From Nageia nagi (lineage: Eukaryota; Plantae; Pinophyta): a stretch of 64,000 nt of DNA. The stretch's first letter is position 1; the number at the start of each line of letters is the position of its first letter. The stretch is taken from positions 190,774,001 through 190,838,000 of the forward strand of contig JBITNC010000001.1 in assembly GCA_050084985.1 (NCBI GenBank). The letters are read 5' to 3'. The notes below the pieces were generated by a model that saw only the letters and a program-made list of their open reading frames with translations, was not told the DNA's origin and did no database searches. The translations under genes and the position numbers were made by a program. Positions 12,850-25,514 of the stretch are shown here, piece by piece.

Positions 12850-13980
12850 AAATTGGGTGCACAAATGTTACAATTGAGCATTCCAAGATGGGACGCCCCT
12901 CTTCTAGGGGCACTTAGGTTTGTTTTGAGTCTTTAGGTGGGATTTAATACTTGTCTTAAGTCATGGGTCTCCCTTGGAATATTATTTTATAATTTGTAAA
13001 TCTCAATTATGATCCCAAGTTGGGACGCCCCATTTGTGGTTGCATTGTGAGATCCCATAATGTAATCCTTATGATTCCAAGGTGAGTTGGTTAGCCAACC
13101 CATAATGATGTTTGTCACATATAAAAGGAAGAGGATCGCAACACTTGGAGGCATCTTATTATCTATGATCACTTCTTCTTCTACTTGGAGTGTGTGGCTA
13201 CAACAATCATTCCCCAAACCTCTTGGAGGGCGTAACATCCATCAAGAGTAGCTAGGTCTTGAGGTAGTCGCAAGATCTAGAGGCCTTGGTGCCTTAACAC
13301 ATCTTCATAGTTCAGATCTACATTTGGAAGCCTTGGTGCTTCACTTAGCAGTTCGAGAGAGCTTCTTGGAGGGTCGTCCATTTGAGGGGGTTGTTCCTGG
13401 ATCCTAGAATCCTATTGTAACCTTTGAGGAGGGTCACCTAGCCAAAGAGACAGTTTGAGACATCTTTTGACATTCAGATTTGCATTGGAGGAGCTAGCTG
13501 GTGAGATGTCACACCTTAGGAGGCCATTTCGGTGCTTTTGCATCACACATCAATCTTCCAAGAGTTTTTCCAACTTGGGGAGACTTTTTGTGCCATTTTG
13601 AGAGCTTTGGAGTTAGGTGTATTGAGCCCCCTCGTGGGGCATCACTCCTCTAGGGCATAGTTTATGCTCTTCGAGGTTCATTCTTGATTTATCTTGGTTC
13701 GTTATATCATTTAACACTTGTCGCATATTTTGTGGCATCATTTGTTGGCATATTTTTGAGTTATTGTGCTTGAGGAGTTGGATGCATGCTTTCATTAGCT
13801 ACATTTTGAGTAATTTGAGCATTTTTGTGGTTCGCCCTAATTGTGAAGTTAAAATTGGTGCATGATTTGGGAATATTTGAATAATTTGAGTTGTCCCCTA
13901 ATTGTTGGAAATTAATGCATGATTGGAATCGTCATATTTGGAGCATTTTGGGTTGAGCCCTAATTGAGCTCATTACGTAA
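12850..13980 (+). mobile_element. Probable nested decayed LTR (TGTAAT family), ends unclear
   Basis: gggacgcccctcttctaggg and ttatgattccaagg are shared with the LTR at 16774. TATAAAAGG at ~13120. Confidence 0.4.
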
Positions 13981-16900
13981 TGACTTCAATTGATGCAAAA
14001 TGCTTAAACTCATCCCTTCGTGGTCACACACTTTCAAATTTTAAAGGTTTAATGACCTCTTTTGGTGTAGAAAACATAGAAAGGACCCCTCAATTGCATG
14101 TTTTCCAATGTTAAAATTCTAACAACTATTTTGATGTGAATTTGTTGAAGTCACCTCCCTAGTTGCATGTTTTAAAATTTGAAAATCCTAACATCTTTCC
14201 TTAATGCGAAATCGTTAAACCTGCCCTTTCTTATTTGCATGTTTCCAAGATTCAAGATTTTAACATTCCTTGATGATGCAAAAATAGTAAGTCTTTCCAA
14301 AAGGCCGAATTTGTCCATTCCTATTGTTGCTTGTCTTCCAAGTTTGAGAATTCCAACACTTATTTTGATGCAAAAATTGATTAAGTATTCTCCTAAGTGT
14401 GAAAACAAGAGTTTGTCTAAGTGTCATGTCACATCACTCAATGGTCTTAAAACTTTAACATTTTTAAAAGTGCGAAAATGCTTGAAGCTTATCCTCCCAA
14501 GTTGCATGTTTTGAAATTTTAAAACTTCAATTTCCTTTAGTTGATGCGAATTGGTTGAAGTCCTTCCCTCTAGTCACACAATTTCAGATTTTGGGATTTT
14601 AATGCCTCTCTAAGGTATGAAAAGGCTTTTAGAATATTCCCTTTAATTACATGTTATTTAGGTCTTAACGTTTAAAATCCTTCTTTGGTGTGAAAGAGTT
14701 AAAGCTTCCTCTCCATGGTCTCATCATTTGAAATTTTAAAATTATAAAATATTTTTTGGTGCGAACCAACCAAGACCAAATTGACAAGGGGAAAAGGATC
14801 ATATGGAGAAAGGTCATTATTGATGCCATGGTTAGATAGTCAGCCTACATAGGGTCGACTAAGAAATAAAATATGAATACATATTTGGTATACTTGCTTC
14901 TACATGGCAAACAAAGGATGATTGCACATGTCAATATGGAGTACTTGAAGAACCCAAAGAATTTGATATGGAGTATTCATAGGATTCATCTATCAAATTG
15001 GTATGGAGCAAGGTCATTAGTGATACCATGGTTAGGTAGTTAGCCTGCATAAGGTCGACTAAGAAATTCTTTATGAATCCATATTTGGTATACTTGGTCT
15101 TACATAGAAAACAAAGGGCCATTGCACATGCTAATATGGAGTACTTGAAGAACCCAAACAATTTGATATGGAGAAGCTATCCCAAATGGTGGGTGACAAA
15201 CAAATGGGATTACTTCATGATAAGGAATGATGGATGGAAATACAGGATCTATAAAGAAATAAAAGGAGAAGGGTTAGTGAGGAGAATTTCAGACTCCGTT
15301 ATGGAAGCTCTCAAAAGGCAATGCAATTTTTATAAAGAAGATCCAAAATCTTCTTATATCAGGGTATATGGTTTAGAAGAAGCCCCTTATTAGTTGCCTA
15401 GGTACGCAAGTAATAGGATGATGCTAATGGAATTATGAAGACAATTGTTGTTCTTACACGATAAGGCATGGAAAAAGAAATCCACCATCACTAACTTGCC
15501 AATCATTGTTAGGGAATATGCATGTACCTCTTGGATTGATGTTCAGTCCATGAAAGAAGAATTGGTCCTCTATGCATTCAAGAAGGAAAAAGGGGTAAAA
15601 CATTACGATCTAGAGGGAAGATAGAAAAATTCTACAAAAAAGCCTTCAGTTAATCTTACGTTCACAAACCTATAAGGGATATAGGAAAATACATGAATAT
15701 AAGAGATGAGGAGGAGATACAAAAGATACATGCAATGTTGGTGAAAGCAAGGAAGAGGATTGAGAAGAAGAACAAATAACACCCAAAGAAATCTTTGTTG
15801 GCTACCAACATAGATCCATCGCTGGGAGAGAAGTCTACCTCATCTTCTGTATTGACAAAGCAAGGATCGATGGGCTAGTATGCTACAATGGGAGCTTCAG
15901 GACAAGTTGTTTAGACCATTGATGGTGAAGTAGAAAAGGGTATTCATGAGATGGATGCATGGTATAGATTATATCCTCTCAAAGAACTGTAACAAATGGC
16001 AGTAAGCATTGACATAGGCCCAAATTTGTGGGGGATGAATCTTCCAGCTCAAGTGAAAGCATTGAAGAGGATGAATCTGGTGAAACAAATGCCAGTAGCG
16101 GGACAAATGTCAATATCAGAATAGATACGAGTCGCAGAACAAATGTCAATATTGGGGAGGATGTTAACAGTGGGATGTAGTCTGATTTAGTTGAGACAAT
16201 CATGTTAGACAATCTTGTGGGAGAAATTACTAGGCCAACATCAGCCAAATCTTGTACACCTTGAAATAGAAGGAAATCACCTCCACCACAAAAGGAAGGT
16301 AAGAAACCATGTCAAAGAAAATATCCCAATTTAGATGGATTAGCTTCTACCTCAGGTAGAAACGACGGAGATGACTGGAAGAACAAGGAGTAGCACAAGA
16401 AACAAAAGCAAGTTGAGCATGAAGGCCAGGAAATGGTAGTGGTTGAGGACCTCACACTAGAAAGATCTCAACCTGGAGTGGATAAAGAATGGGGTTTTGA
16501 CATGTACGCTTGCCTCAACATTTTGCAAATGGGCCACACAAGTGAGGAGGATGAGGAGGAAGTCTATGGGATAGAAGATGAACCTCTGTTGGTGCATGGA
16601 ATTGATACCTTTGTCACCATGAAAGAGACCTTAGTTGCTATTAGCAAAGTCTTTTCAAGTAAGAGGAATCTCAAGGGATCACAGGAGTCAAGAATCCACA
16701 CCCACGAAGTGGAGGTAGGAAGGATCGGCTGGGCCGGAAGGAAGCATGCCATTATTGCCAATGCAATTGCCATTGTAATGTCCCCAATTTTGGTGTCTAA
16801 CTCAATTATTGCATCGTCATAATTTTATTTGTCACATGGAGTGGGATGTCCCTCTTCTAGGGATAGTTAGGGGTGTTTTTAGAATAATTAGGTGTATTTT

Positions 16901-18285
16901 TGATGTTCTAAAATAATAATGAGGCATTATTATGATTCCAAGGAGGAATTAGATGTCTCATTCTTAGTGTAGTGTGTGAGATCTCAAGGATGACTTAGAT
17001 GTCTCATTTTCAGCAAATTGTTTGATATCTAGTCAAGTGGAGTAGGGTGCATCTTTTGTGGAGTTATTAGGAGTGATTCTTTATTATTTTAATAGCTATT
17101 ATAAAATGATATTGAGGTACCTTGGTTTTGTTGGGGTTTTTTTCTTTCCTACCTTGGAGCAGTGAGAAAAATGCCAACACCTCAGGTGGAGGAGCGTTAC
17201 TCCCTCCTGCTATGGGGATTGGTTACCCCAAAGGTTAGCTTCAAGACTTGGTGAGGATAACTCAGGGAATGGTTGAGATGTTTAAAGCTGTCACCAATAT
17301 GAATATCATGTGTGGATTCAAGGATTCAGATTATCTTTGTAACCAGACTAAGTTGTTTCTGGAAAATGCTAAAGGGAAAAAAGGGGTGCAAAAATCGCAA
17401 AAAAATAGTGTAAAATAAAAGAAATGAAAAATTGGTGGAAAGATTGTGGGTAGTGAGATGCAACTATAGGCATGCGTACTCATGGGCTTGGGATAAGGTC
17501 CTCAAAAGTTGACTTGCTGGGTCTCGGCGTAGGTTCCACGCACCCTTGATCCGTCCCACTAGCCAACAACATGAATGGTCTAGTGGAAGGAGCATGAAGC
17601 TGTGGCAAGGATAGAATAGGATGGGTGAAGGTGACACTCAACAATCCGGGTGAAGTTCCTACTATGAGCAACATCAACAAGACATCTTGAGTTATCCAAG
17701 CCTAAGATTGCAAATGACAAAATGTCACGAACAAGATGCTAATCAACCACTTCATAAAATATACAAGCATTCTCTTGTCCACCCCAATTGGAATTTACAA
17801 GATGCACCAAGTGATTAAAATCAACACAAAGCAGTGATAGGACAAACTAGACAGCGCTGTCAGTCATTCATTCAAATTTGGCATTACAACATGAGAAGCA
17901 TTTCGTCACAATTACATATACATACATCCCATTTAACAACTTAGAGAATTTTTGGTTTGGCAAGCAAAAGTTCCTTTCAATTGTTAAAAGTGTCAATCCC
18001 CTCTACAAATGAATCAAAATGGGGTATAAATAGTTTTAGGAGCAACCAATAGTGTTGCCCTAACCCTAATTGCGAGTTTCAAGAAAATAAGATGCAGTCC
18101 AATAATAATATGCCACATGGTGTTACAAGATTTATTCTAGCACTTGTGGGAGCAAATCCTCATCTGTCACAAGGCTGTACAAAATTTAATGAGTTTTTGA
18201 AATCCAATTTTGAAATAAAATTGCAATACATAAAATAAAAGCTAATTGTTGTGCCTGCAACATCTTTCCTTAATGACTCCCGGGT

Positions 18286-18805
18286 TTATTCCGATTGGTC
18301 CATCTTCTCTGTCTCTACTGCACTAAACTTGAGGACTTCATCACTAGCTTGTTGAGGGTACCCTTGTCCGCTTGTGGCTACCTGGTCTTGAAGAAGATTT
18401 GGATTGGAAGGTGTGCTCTCTCCTTCTAGGCTCAACTTGCCCTGCCTCACTTTCAGCTCCTTGGCAAGCTTGGTGATATCTATGATTCGCTCTGCCCCAG
18501 TAGTCTTGACTTCATCAGTTTCAATCTTTAGGGTATGGGCCTCCAAGTCTTGCGGCTTCTTCGGGTCTGTGTTCAAGGCAACTTTGGTGACAGAAAGTGT
18601 ATTGTTCACCTTGAACACAAATCTACTTACATAGTGAGTGTTTGTAGATTCGTCTCTTGCTCTTAGGCTGGGATTTTCGTGCAGTGATCTTATTAAGGCT
18701 TATGATGTCAACGTTGTGCTTCTGTCTTGGCAAGGCATTGCCAGTGGTCATACCTTTCCTTGTCTCACCTTCTTGCTTTGGTGCTTGGGGGTTTGGTTCA
18801 GCCAT
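18286..18805 (-). pseudogene. Frameshifted ORF of unknown function inside copy B
   Basis: CCTATAAAC TATA-like box at ~18870-18878(-). ATG at 18805 (MAEPNPQAPK...). Continues after a frameshift near 18620 into FKVNNTLSVTKVALNTDPKK...DQSE*. Confidence 0.5.
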
Positions 18806-19034
18806 TCTGGTGCACAAGGTGAGGAGTAAGACAATTTGAGTATGAGAAAATGAGCTCCCTAGGCTGGTGTTTATAGGCAAATTTTTGGTCTCCAAGAAAC
18901 CCTAGTCGGCTAGGCATGAGAGGAATTGATCTTGACCGTCTAGATGGTCGACCTCGAGATGTGTTCGCACTCAAACTTCCATGCCTGACTGTTGGAGACT
19001 AGATGTGGGGGTTTTTGGGGCTCTTCCAAGGTTG

Positions 19035-20000
19035 ACGCATGCCTAGAAAAGACAAGATTTTATCTTTTTGGAGCATGCGCTCAACTTGAGGATGCATGCT
19101 CTTCGTCCATCGTTTTCTTGTGTTCCCCACTCATCCGTCTCAACTCTTCATGCTCAAGATGAAACCTGAACTCACCCGTCTTGCCTTTTCTAGTTTCTCA
19201 ACTTGCTGATTTTGCCTAACGAACTGACCAAAAGGCTCCTCCAAGCTTGGTGTGTGATTTCAAAAGACAAGATTTTGTCTTTTTGAAACACGCTCCAAGG
19301 TCTTTGACTCTTCCAGTCTGGGTGCATGGTTTAGAAAGTCAGGATTTTGTCTTCTTGGAGCATGCGCTGGGTTGCAGGTGGTCAGATTTGCTTTGTTTTG
19401 ATCTCTTGCTCCGGGACTTAGCCAAATTTTCAAGTTCACCCCGTCCTGGTGTCTTCCCAAGCGTGGCGCATGCTCCTAAAAGTCAAGAATTTGTCCTTTT
19501 GAAGCATGCACCAGCCCCTCTGGTCATGCTAGAGCAGGATCCAAGCTTCAAGACTCCATGCGTTAGCCAATTTTTCTGTTTTGTCTCATCTGGAAGCCTT
19601 CTTGGGCTTGGTGCATGCTCCCAAAAGATAAGATTTTGTCTTTTTGAGCAATGCGCCAGCCCCCTAGGTGAGTGCACTTCATCTTTCCGGGTCTCAAGTC
19701 CATCATGGCAGCCTCTTGACTTGGGCGCATGCTCCCAAAAGACAAGATTTTGTCTTTTGAGGCATGTGCCATCCTTGAAATGCACTAAGTTGTCTTTTTC
19801 GAGCCTTTTCTTCGTCCTGGGTGTCTTTTTGACCCTTGCGCATACCCTAGAAAGACAAGATTTTGTCTTTTGGAAGCATGCGTTGGGTCCAATAGTGACC
19901 CAGTTTGTTCTTCCGAACTTGAACTCCAAATCGGGCGTCTTCCTGACCCAAGTGCATGTCCTAGAAAGACAAAATTTTGTCTTCCTGGAGCATGTGCTAT
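19035..20000. repeat. Array of ~8 interspersed ~42-bp palindromes
   Basis: GCATGCTCCCAAAAGACAA-GA-TTTTGTCTTTTG(A/G)GGCATG-type units near 19040, 19260, 19330, 19475, 19620, 19730, 19845 and 19960. Confidence 0.9.
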
Positions 20001-23000
20001 GCCTAGGAGTGGACCAGATTCACTTTGCTTGGTTTCGACTTGACAAAAGTTTCCCAATTTTACCTAAACTCAACTTAGATTTTCCAAACTTAGCCAATTT
20101 TCGAGGGTTTTATCTTTTATCATGATACGACCAAGACTGGGCAGTTGGACTCACTTAGGTGATGAGAACATAGACATGGTTTCCGGTTGGGCGGGGACAA
20201 GGAGGGATCGTACCGACTTGGTGTCACATGAGTGTAAGCTGTCGAGGGTCCCCAAAATCGTGAATTTTTGGGGTGAGTTGTGTGAGGCACAACAAGTGTC
20301 AATGCTAATTTTGGGGATCTCAATGAGCAATTAGAAGTACAAGAGGGGACATCCAACTACAAAGGGGAAGAGTGTCCCATTTTGAGGACATCTTTGGCTT
20401 CCATCATTTCTTATCTTTTGAGTAAGCGGCTGGATCAGTCACTTCTCTAGCTTCTGTGGATGAAAACCCATAGGAGAGAGATCTAGAGGACGAAAACCCT
20501 CTTAGATTTAAGTAGCTTGAGGACGAAAACCTTGAGTATTTTGTTGGTGGATCTGTCCAGGATTCACACTTGTGTTTCATCTTCATTTCAGAGTTCAGAT
20601 TTGGGGGTTTGAGGCCATAGATTGAAAAGTTCAGCTTAGGAAGGAGAAATTTCAGTCTTGCATCCATCCTTCTCTCTCCTAGACTCAGACACCCAACATT
20701 TTGAGGTGTTTAAAGTGTTGTTTGAGCATCATTTGTACTAGATCTAGTCTTCTAAGCCAAATGTCCAGCCCTTTGGGCCATTGTACTAAGTTTGTGATCT
20801 TTATTTGTAATTCAGATTGAAATTGTCAGATCCAAATCAATAATTCTGTGATTGGACAAACCTGTAATTTTTGTCATTTTCTACATTTAGTTTTTGTAGT
20901 AAAATCAGATCTGTAACTAGGGCATAAAAAATTAGTAGATTTGTTCATTTCTTTGTAATTTCTGTTTTTTTTCTAGTTTGGAACATTTCAGCTATGAAAA
21001 GAGAATGGACACAAAAGGATTTAAAAATCATAGACTTGCAAAAAGAGTTGGTCAGAAAGAGGAAGTTGGTCAAGGAAATCGTGGCAACCAAGATGAAAGC
21101 AAAAGATATCAAACGACATGTCTCGCTAAATGTGGGAATAATGACCATGAAGGAGGATTTGGCAAAAGAAACGTTGGACACTATCAAAAGGCTTTCTTCA
21201 CAGATAACCAATTTCCTAGCAGAGGAAATAGGGGTAAGTGCATTGAAAGAAAAAAACTCAGAACTACTTGGAAGATGGAGTGAGCGCTATTCAACAATAG
21301 TTGAGTTGTGAAAAAAGTCAATCAACCAGCCAAGAGAATTAGATTATTGTCAAGAGTTGTTCTTTCAATATGATTGGTTATACTATGTAGGAAATAAATT
21401 CATGATCTGAATGATCTGATTGACATAAGGGAAGATTTGAAGAAGAACATCACACGACAAATAGATGAATATCAACATGGGATAAAATTCAAGAAGATGG
21501 CTGCGCAAGATAGGAAGACTTGGTGATCAAAGAGGCCCAACACCTAATCAAGGAATTCATTCACACTGAGTATGTGAGCATCCTTATATCTGGGAAGCAC
21601 ATTAAGAATGAGAGGTAGTTGACAGTTTGGGGGTGTTAGATGGAGTATACTTGCAACAGCATCATGGAGTACCTGTTGAAGAATGAGAACACTTTGGAGA
21701 TAATTGCCAAGGGGGTGAAGAAGGTGGAAGTGGTCATGAGCGCAGAATTGGAAGAGACAATTGCATCCTTTATGCAATCTGCTGCTATATCATCCTAGTA
21801 TTTGTTATGATCTTTCTTGATCTAAATTTTTTAAGATATCAAGACTAAGCTATTTTATTTTTTATTGACTTGTGAGGATGAGTTTTTGCTCCCACAAGTC
21901 CAAATGACATTTTAACACAATTTTAATTTCATTTCAGTTTCATTAGGATAAAATTAGGGCAACACTAAAAAACATTAGGGCAACACTAGATTATTTTTTT
22001 GTGTATCTGTCGAATACACTCCGCTGTATCCATATTATGAAAAGACTATAAATACTCGTAAGGGTTATTTTCACATTCAAAATGAACTTATTTTCTAGAG
22101 GAGAGTAAAACTTGTGAAGATTGCAAACTCTTTTTTCTATTGAATGAAGTGGTGGATTTGAAAACCTAAGTGGATCATGTCATTCTCTTGGAGTTGTGGA
22201 TTGGATTCGTGAACTTTGTGTCTTTCTTGTAGTGATCCATATGCTTATTCATATTTTCTTTGAAAACTTAATAATTTTAGGAAAAGCTTCTTGCATATCT
22301 TTTGAAACATTTGGATTGTTATTGGATTGCTACTCTTCCATAACTTGCACGATAAATGATTGTAATCTGAATTCTACTTTCTTTCTATGGCATATGATTC
22401 GAAGTTTTCATTCAAACTGTTTGGCAATCATCTTTCATCTTTAGCCATCTTTAACTGATTCCTAGAGGATCAAACTGGTGCTTGCTCCTATTTGCATACA
22501 ATTTGGACTTTGTCATTTGTTGTGAATTGGATGAATGAATGAAATTCTTAAATAATTCGGAAGGAAAGTAATTTAGACAATGCATCATTGGTGATGAGTG
22601 ATCTACTTTGAGCATAACCTAGACTTCTCAGATCATTCTCAGATTTCATTTCCTTTAGCTCTTTATTGCTTTCTTTTGCTTTTCTTTGAAAACTGATACA
22701 ACTTTTGATCATTATGAAACACTCTAGAGGCCTTAAAAACGTGCGTTAACAACTGTCATCTCCCCCTTTCTGAACTATTCCCAAAGATTTACCAAACAAG
22801 CTAGCATCCTAAAAGATATAAACCTTGGGGTTTCAGTCCTTTTAAGTGGGGATAGGTAACACTATCTCATCTAAATGTTGTGATGCTTTCCGAGTTTGCC
22901 ATCTTCCGATGAATGTTGTAAGAGGAAAGAAAAACATCCCAACAAATTCTTCCTTATTGCAATGCATAGTTGCAAAACTCGCCTCTAGTCATGAGTTTAA

Positions 23001-23547
23001 TGGGCAAGAGAATTAGTGTTGGTCGGGTAGATAATTAGGGTAAACCATGTTAAGGCAATGTAAGGTGTTTTGTGCTTATATGGATATGTGAACAATTAAG
23101 TAGGGTGATAAGTGATAAGAGTTATAGTGGGGAGTATTGAGTTTAGAAATAGATTAAGCTTGAAGCGATTTAGTGTGAGGGCTTTGGCTGTGGTCAGCTT
23201 TAGCTAGCACATATCGGGCCTGTACGAATTCATGTTGCATGTTACAACCAATAAAATCGAAATAAAAAATCCGAATGTATTTTATTTTATTTTTTAAGCA
23301 AACAAGGAAGCAACTTAAAGCGGACATTTTGTATTTTATGCAAATCTGACAAGAAACAATATCCAAATTTGATGATACTTTTTTAGGGTTGATCATTATG
23401 AGATATGGAATAATTCCTTATGTATATGAGAGAGAATTTATCACAAACCCGCTTCCAGGATCATGCGGAAGAGTGACCTTGGAAGTGGATGGCCATAGTA
23501 TCACATCCACTTTTAAGTTCATTCTCCACTTTTGAGGCCACTCTTCT

Positions 23548-23859
23548 CCAAGGTCCTTGAATTGAGATCTTGAAAGGTTATGTGCCTTATGCATATAGAG
23601 ATATTGTAAATATCGTAAACATGAATCCTACGTTCATTTCGTGAAATTTAAGTCATTGTTGACATGTCATGTGCATTGAAAACAATTTAAGTAGCTCATT
23701 ATGTTGCTTAGTCACCAAGACCCTTGAAGCGAGATCTTGAAAGGTTATTTGCCCTACGCATATAGAGATAATGTAAATATTGTAAACATGAATCCTATGT
23801 TGTTTAGTGAAATTTAAGTCGTTCTTGACATGTCATGTGCATTGAAAACAATTTAAGCA
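23548..23859. repeat. 167-bp-period tandem duplication
   Basis: gagatcttgaaaggtta...gacatgtcatgtgcattgaaaacaatttaag occurs twice (units starting 23548 and 23715). Confidence 0.9.
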
Positions 23860-24218
23860 GGCTGATGACTAAGCAACTTATTTTTTTTTAAACCTTTTAG
23901 AAATGATTTTATAAAAATAGAGGATGCTTAGTTAGTAGAAGCTTCTTAGTTAGTACTAATAAGTGGGAAGCAACTTATGCAACAAAAGCAGCTTAGTCAC
24001 AGGGAATCAAACATCTTACAAATATGTGGATGAAAATCATCCAAATACATGGAAATCTTATTAGATGGAGATTTGTGGATGGCAAGCAACCAAATGTCGT
24101 GATAAGATGGTAGGGTTAAGTGAAATGGTATTTAGAATAGCCCCACATGCATGGGGATGAAAGCTTTCTGGTTTTGGTCCCAACATAAATAGTTAGACTG
24201 TAATATAAAAAATATTTT

Positions 24219-25514
24219 TGTTATTGGCAATATTATTATTATGTTATTTTAAAGAATATAATAAATTTTTGAAAGTGAGAAGAGAGAAAATGGTGGGAAG
24301 AGTTCAAAGCATAATCTTCATGTGGAACAACTGAGAGAGTAATGAAATTGCACTGCCTGAGAGCATGAAGTACACAGTGTGGCAATGAGAATAATGAGGT
24401 TCATAGGAGATAGAACATTTGCAAGGATTCATTCAGTTCAGGTATCAGGTGCACTTCAGTGCAACATAGAGCATCCTTCCAGGTGCGCACAGAGGAACTA
24501 CACCAAATACGAACATGGCTAGGCAATATTGCTTGAAAGATATGAGGATTGAGGGCCAATGGGACATGGGAAATGTGTTGTCCATGGAAGGCAAACGAAT
24601 ATGGATGAGGTAAACGAAGCAACGCGATTGGGAACAAACAAGAGAAAGTTGCTAGAGGATCACTTGCAATTGATGGCAAAGTAAGCTAGGTTCATGCATG
24701 AGTACTTGTGGAGCATTTGTTTGGATGCTCGATTGAAGTTGAGACGAAATCCAACTTTGAACAAATGACAAAATGAGCTAGTATGACTATACAGTGAGGA
24801 AACTGACATAAGAACAGTGCATTTGTATTGGATGTTAACTCCTAATCTAATTTTTATTTAATTAAAAATCATATTTTAGGTATCTAAGTATTAAATCTTC
24901 ATTTTGCTATAATTATGGAATAAAGTGCAATTTCACTTCTTTCTATCCTTTTGATGATAGGTCAAAAGAGTGCTAGCCAAGAATGTGTATTGGTTGATGA
25001 TGGAATCTTTCATCTATTTAAGGGAAGAAGGATGTGGCATTGATCATATCTAGACCTTGATAGATTATATTACGTTCTATGCTTGATATCTCTTGATGCC
25101 ACCTATCGAGTTTGGATTTGTGCCCTAAGTGATTATTGCATTCCTTATTCGCTATATTGTAGTTAGGTCTAATAACCTTGGCAAGCAATGTCGAACACAA
25201 ATTCGAAGGACTTGAGGGTGGACAATTGTACGATGACGCACTACAGTATGTTGAGGCTTTGCAGTATGTCGATATATTGCACTTGGTGGGAAGGAAGGTT
25301 CAAATTTGGGGAGTGAGTCGTTGAAATCCTGTGGAGGCTAGATCTCGACTACAATTGACATGATATAGGTAAAACAAGTTTGGAGTCATTTGTATTCAGA
25401 TTTGATTTGGTCAAGAGCTAGATCTAGTGTATTGTAATCATCTATTTTTAGTACTTTAATTAGTATTGTTATTCATTATAATTGATATTAAATAAATTTT
25501 TAGTATCAACAACA
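24219..25514 (+). mobile_element. Possible decayed solo LTR
   Basis: TGTTATTGGCA...TATCAACAACA imperfect inverted termini. No matching TSD found. Confidence 0.35.

Larger units (their letters stand above)
17129..20294 (-). mobile_element. TGTTG...CAACA LTR-like element (copy B), nested
   Basis: Minus strand starts TGTTGTGCCTCACACAAC...GGGGACCC and ends GGAAAGAAAAAAAACCCCAACA. The host LTR resumes at 20295. TSD is degenerate (GGTTT/AGTGT). Confidence 0.8.
16774..20990 (+). mobile_element. Solo LTR (TGTAAT family) nested in copy A
   Basis: TGTAATGTCCCCAATTTT...TTTCA, with TSD GCCAT/GCTAT. Same start as the LTRs at 33842(-) and 39398(+). Confidence 0.8.
14800..21780 (+). pseudogene. Decayed ORF of unknown function inside copy A, split by the 16774..20990 insertion
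   Basis: ORF fragments 15073..15393, 16433..16773 and 20994..21311. Removing the insertion and one TSD joins ...IANAIA-MKREWTQKD... in frame. No gag, RT or IN motifs. Outer limits approximate. Confidence 0.6.
12159..22944 (+). mobile_element. Giant TGTTG...CAACA LTR-like element (copy A) with internal ORF remnant and nested insertions
   Basis: Starts TATTGTGGCCGCACAACA...GGAGGACCC and ends GGAAAGAAAAACATCCCAACA. TSD GATTC/AATTC. The 3' ~900 bp (TATA at ~22048) is homologous to 61100-62081. Confidence 0.75.

Noticed and set aside
19035-20000. CRISPR-like array of palindromic repeats with spacers
   Set aside because: Plant nuclear TE context, degenerate repeats, very uneven and partly related spacers, and no cas genes.
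19247-20125. 292-aa ORF (longest in the ORF track) and overlapping antisense ORFs
   Set aside because: Translation of the palindrome array (repeated QDFVFLEHA), non-ATG start, and open on both strands because of repeat composition.
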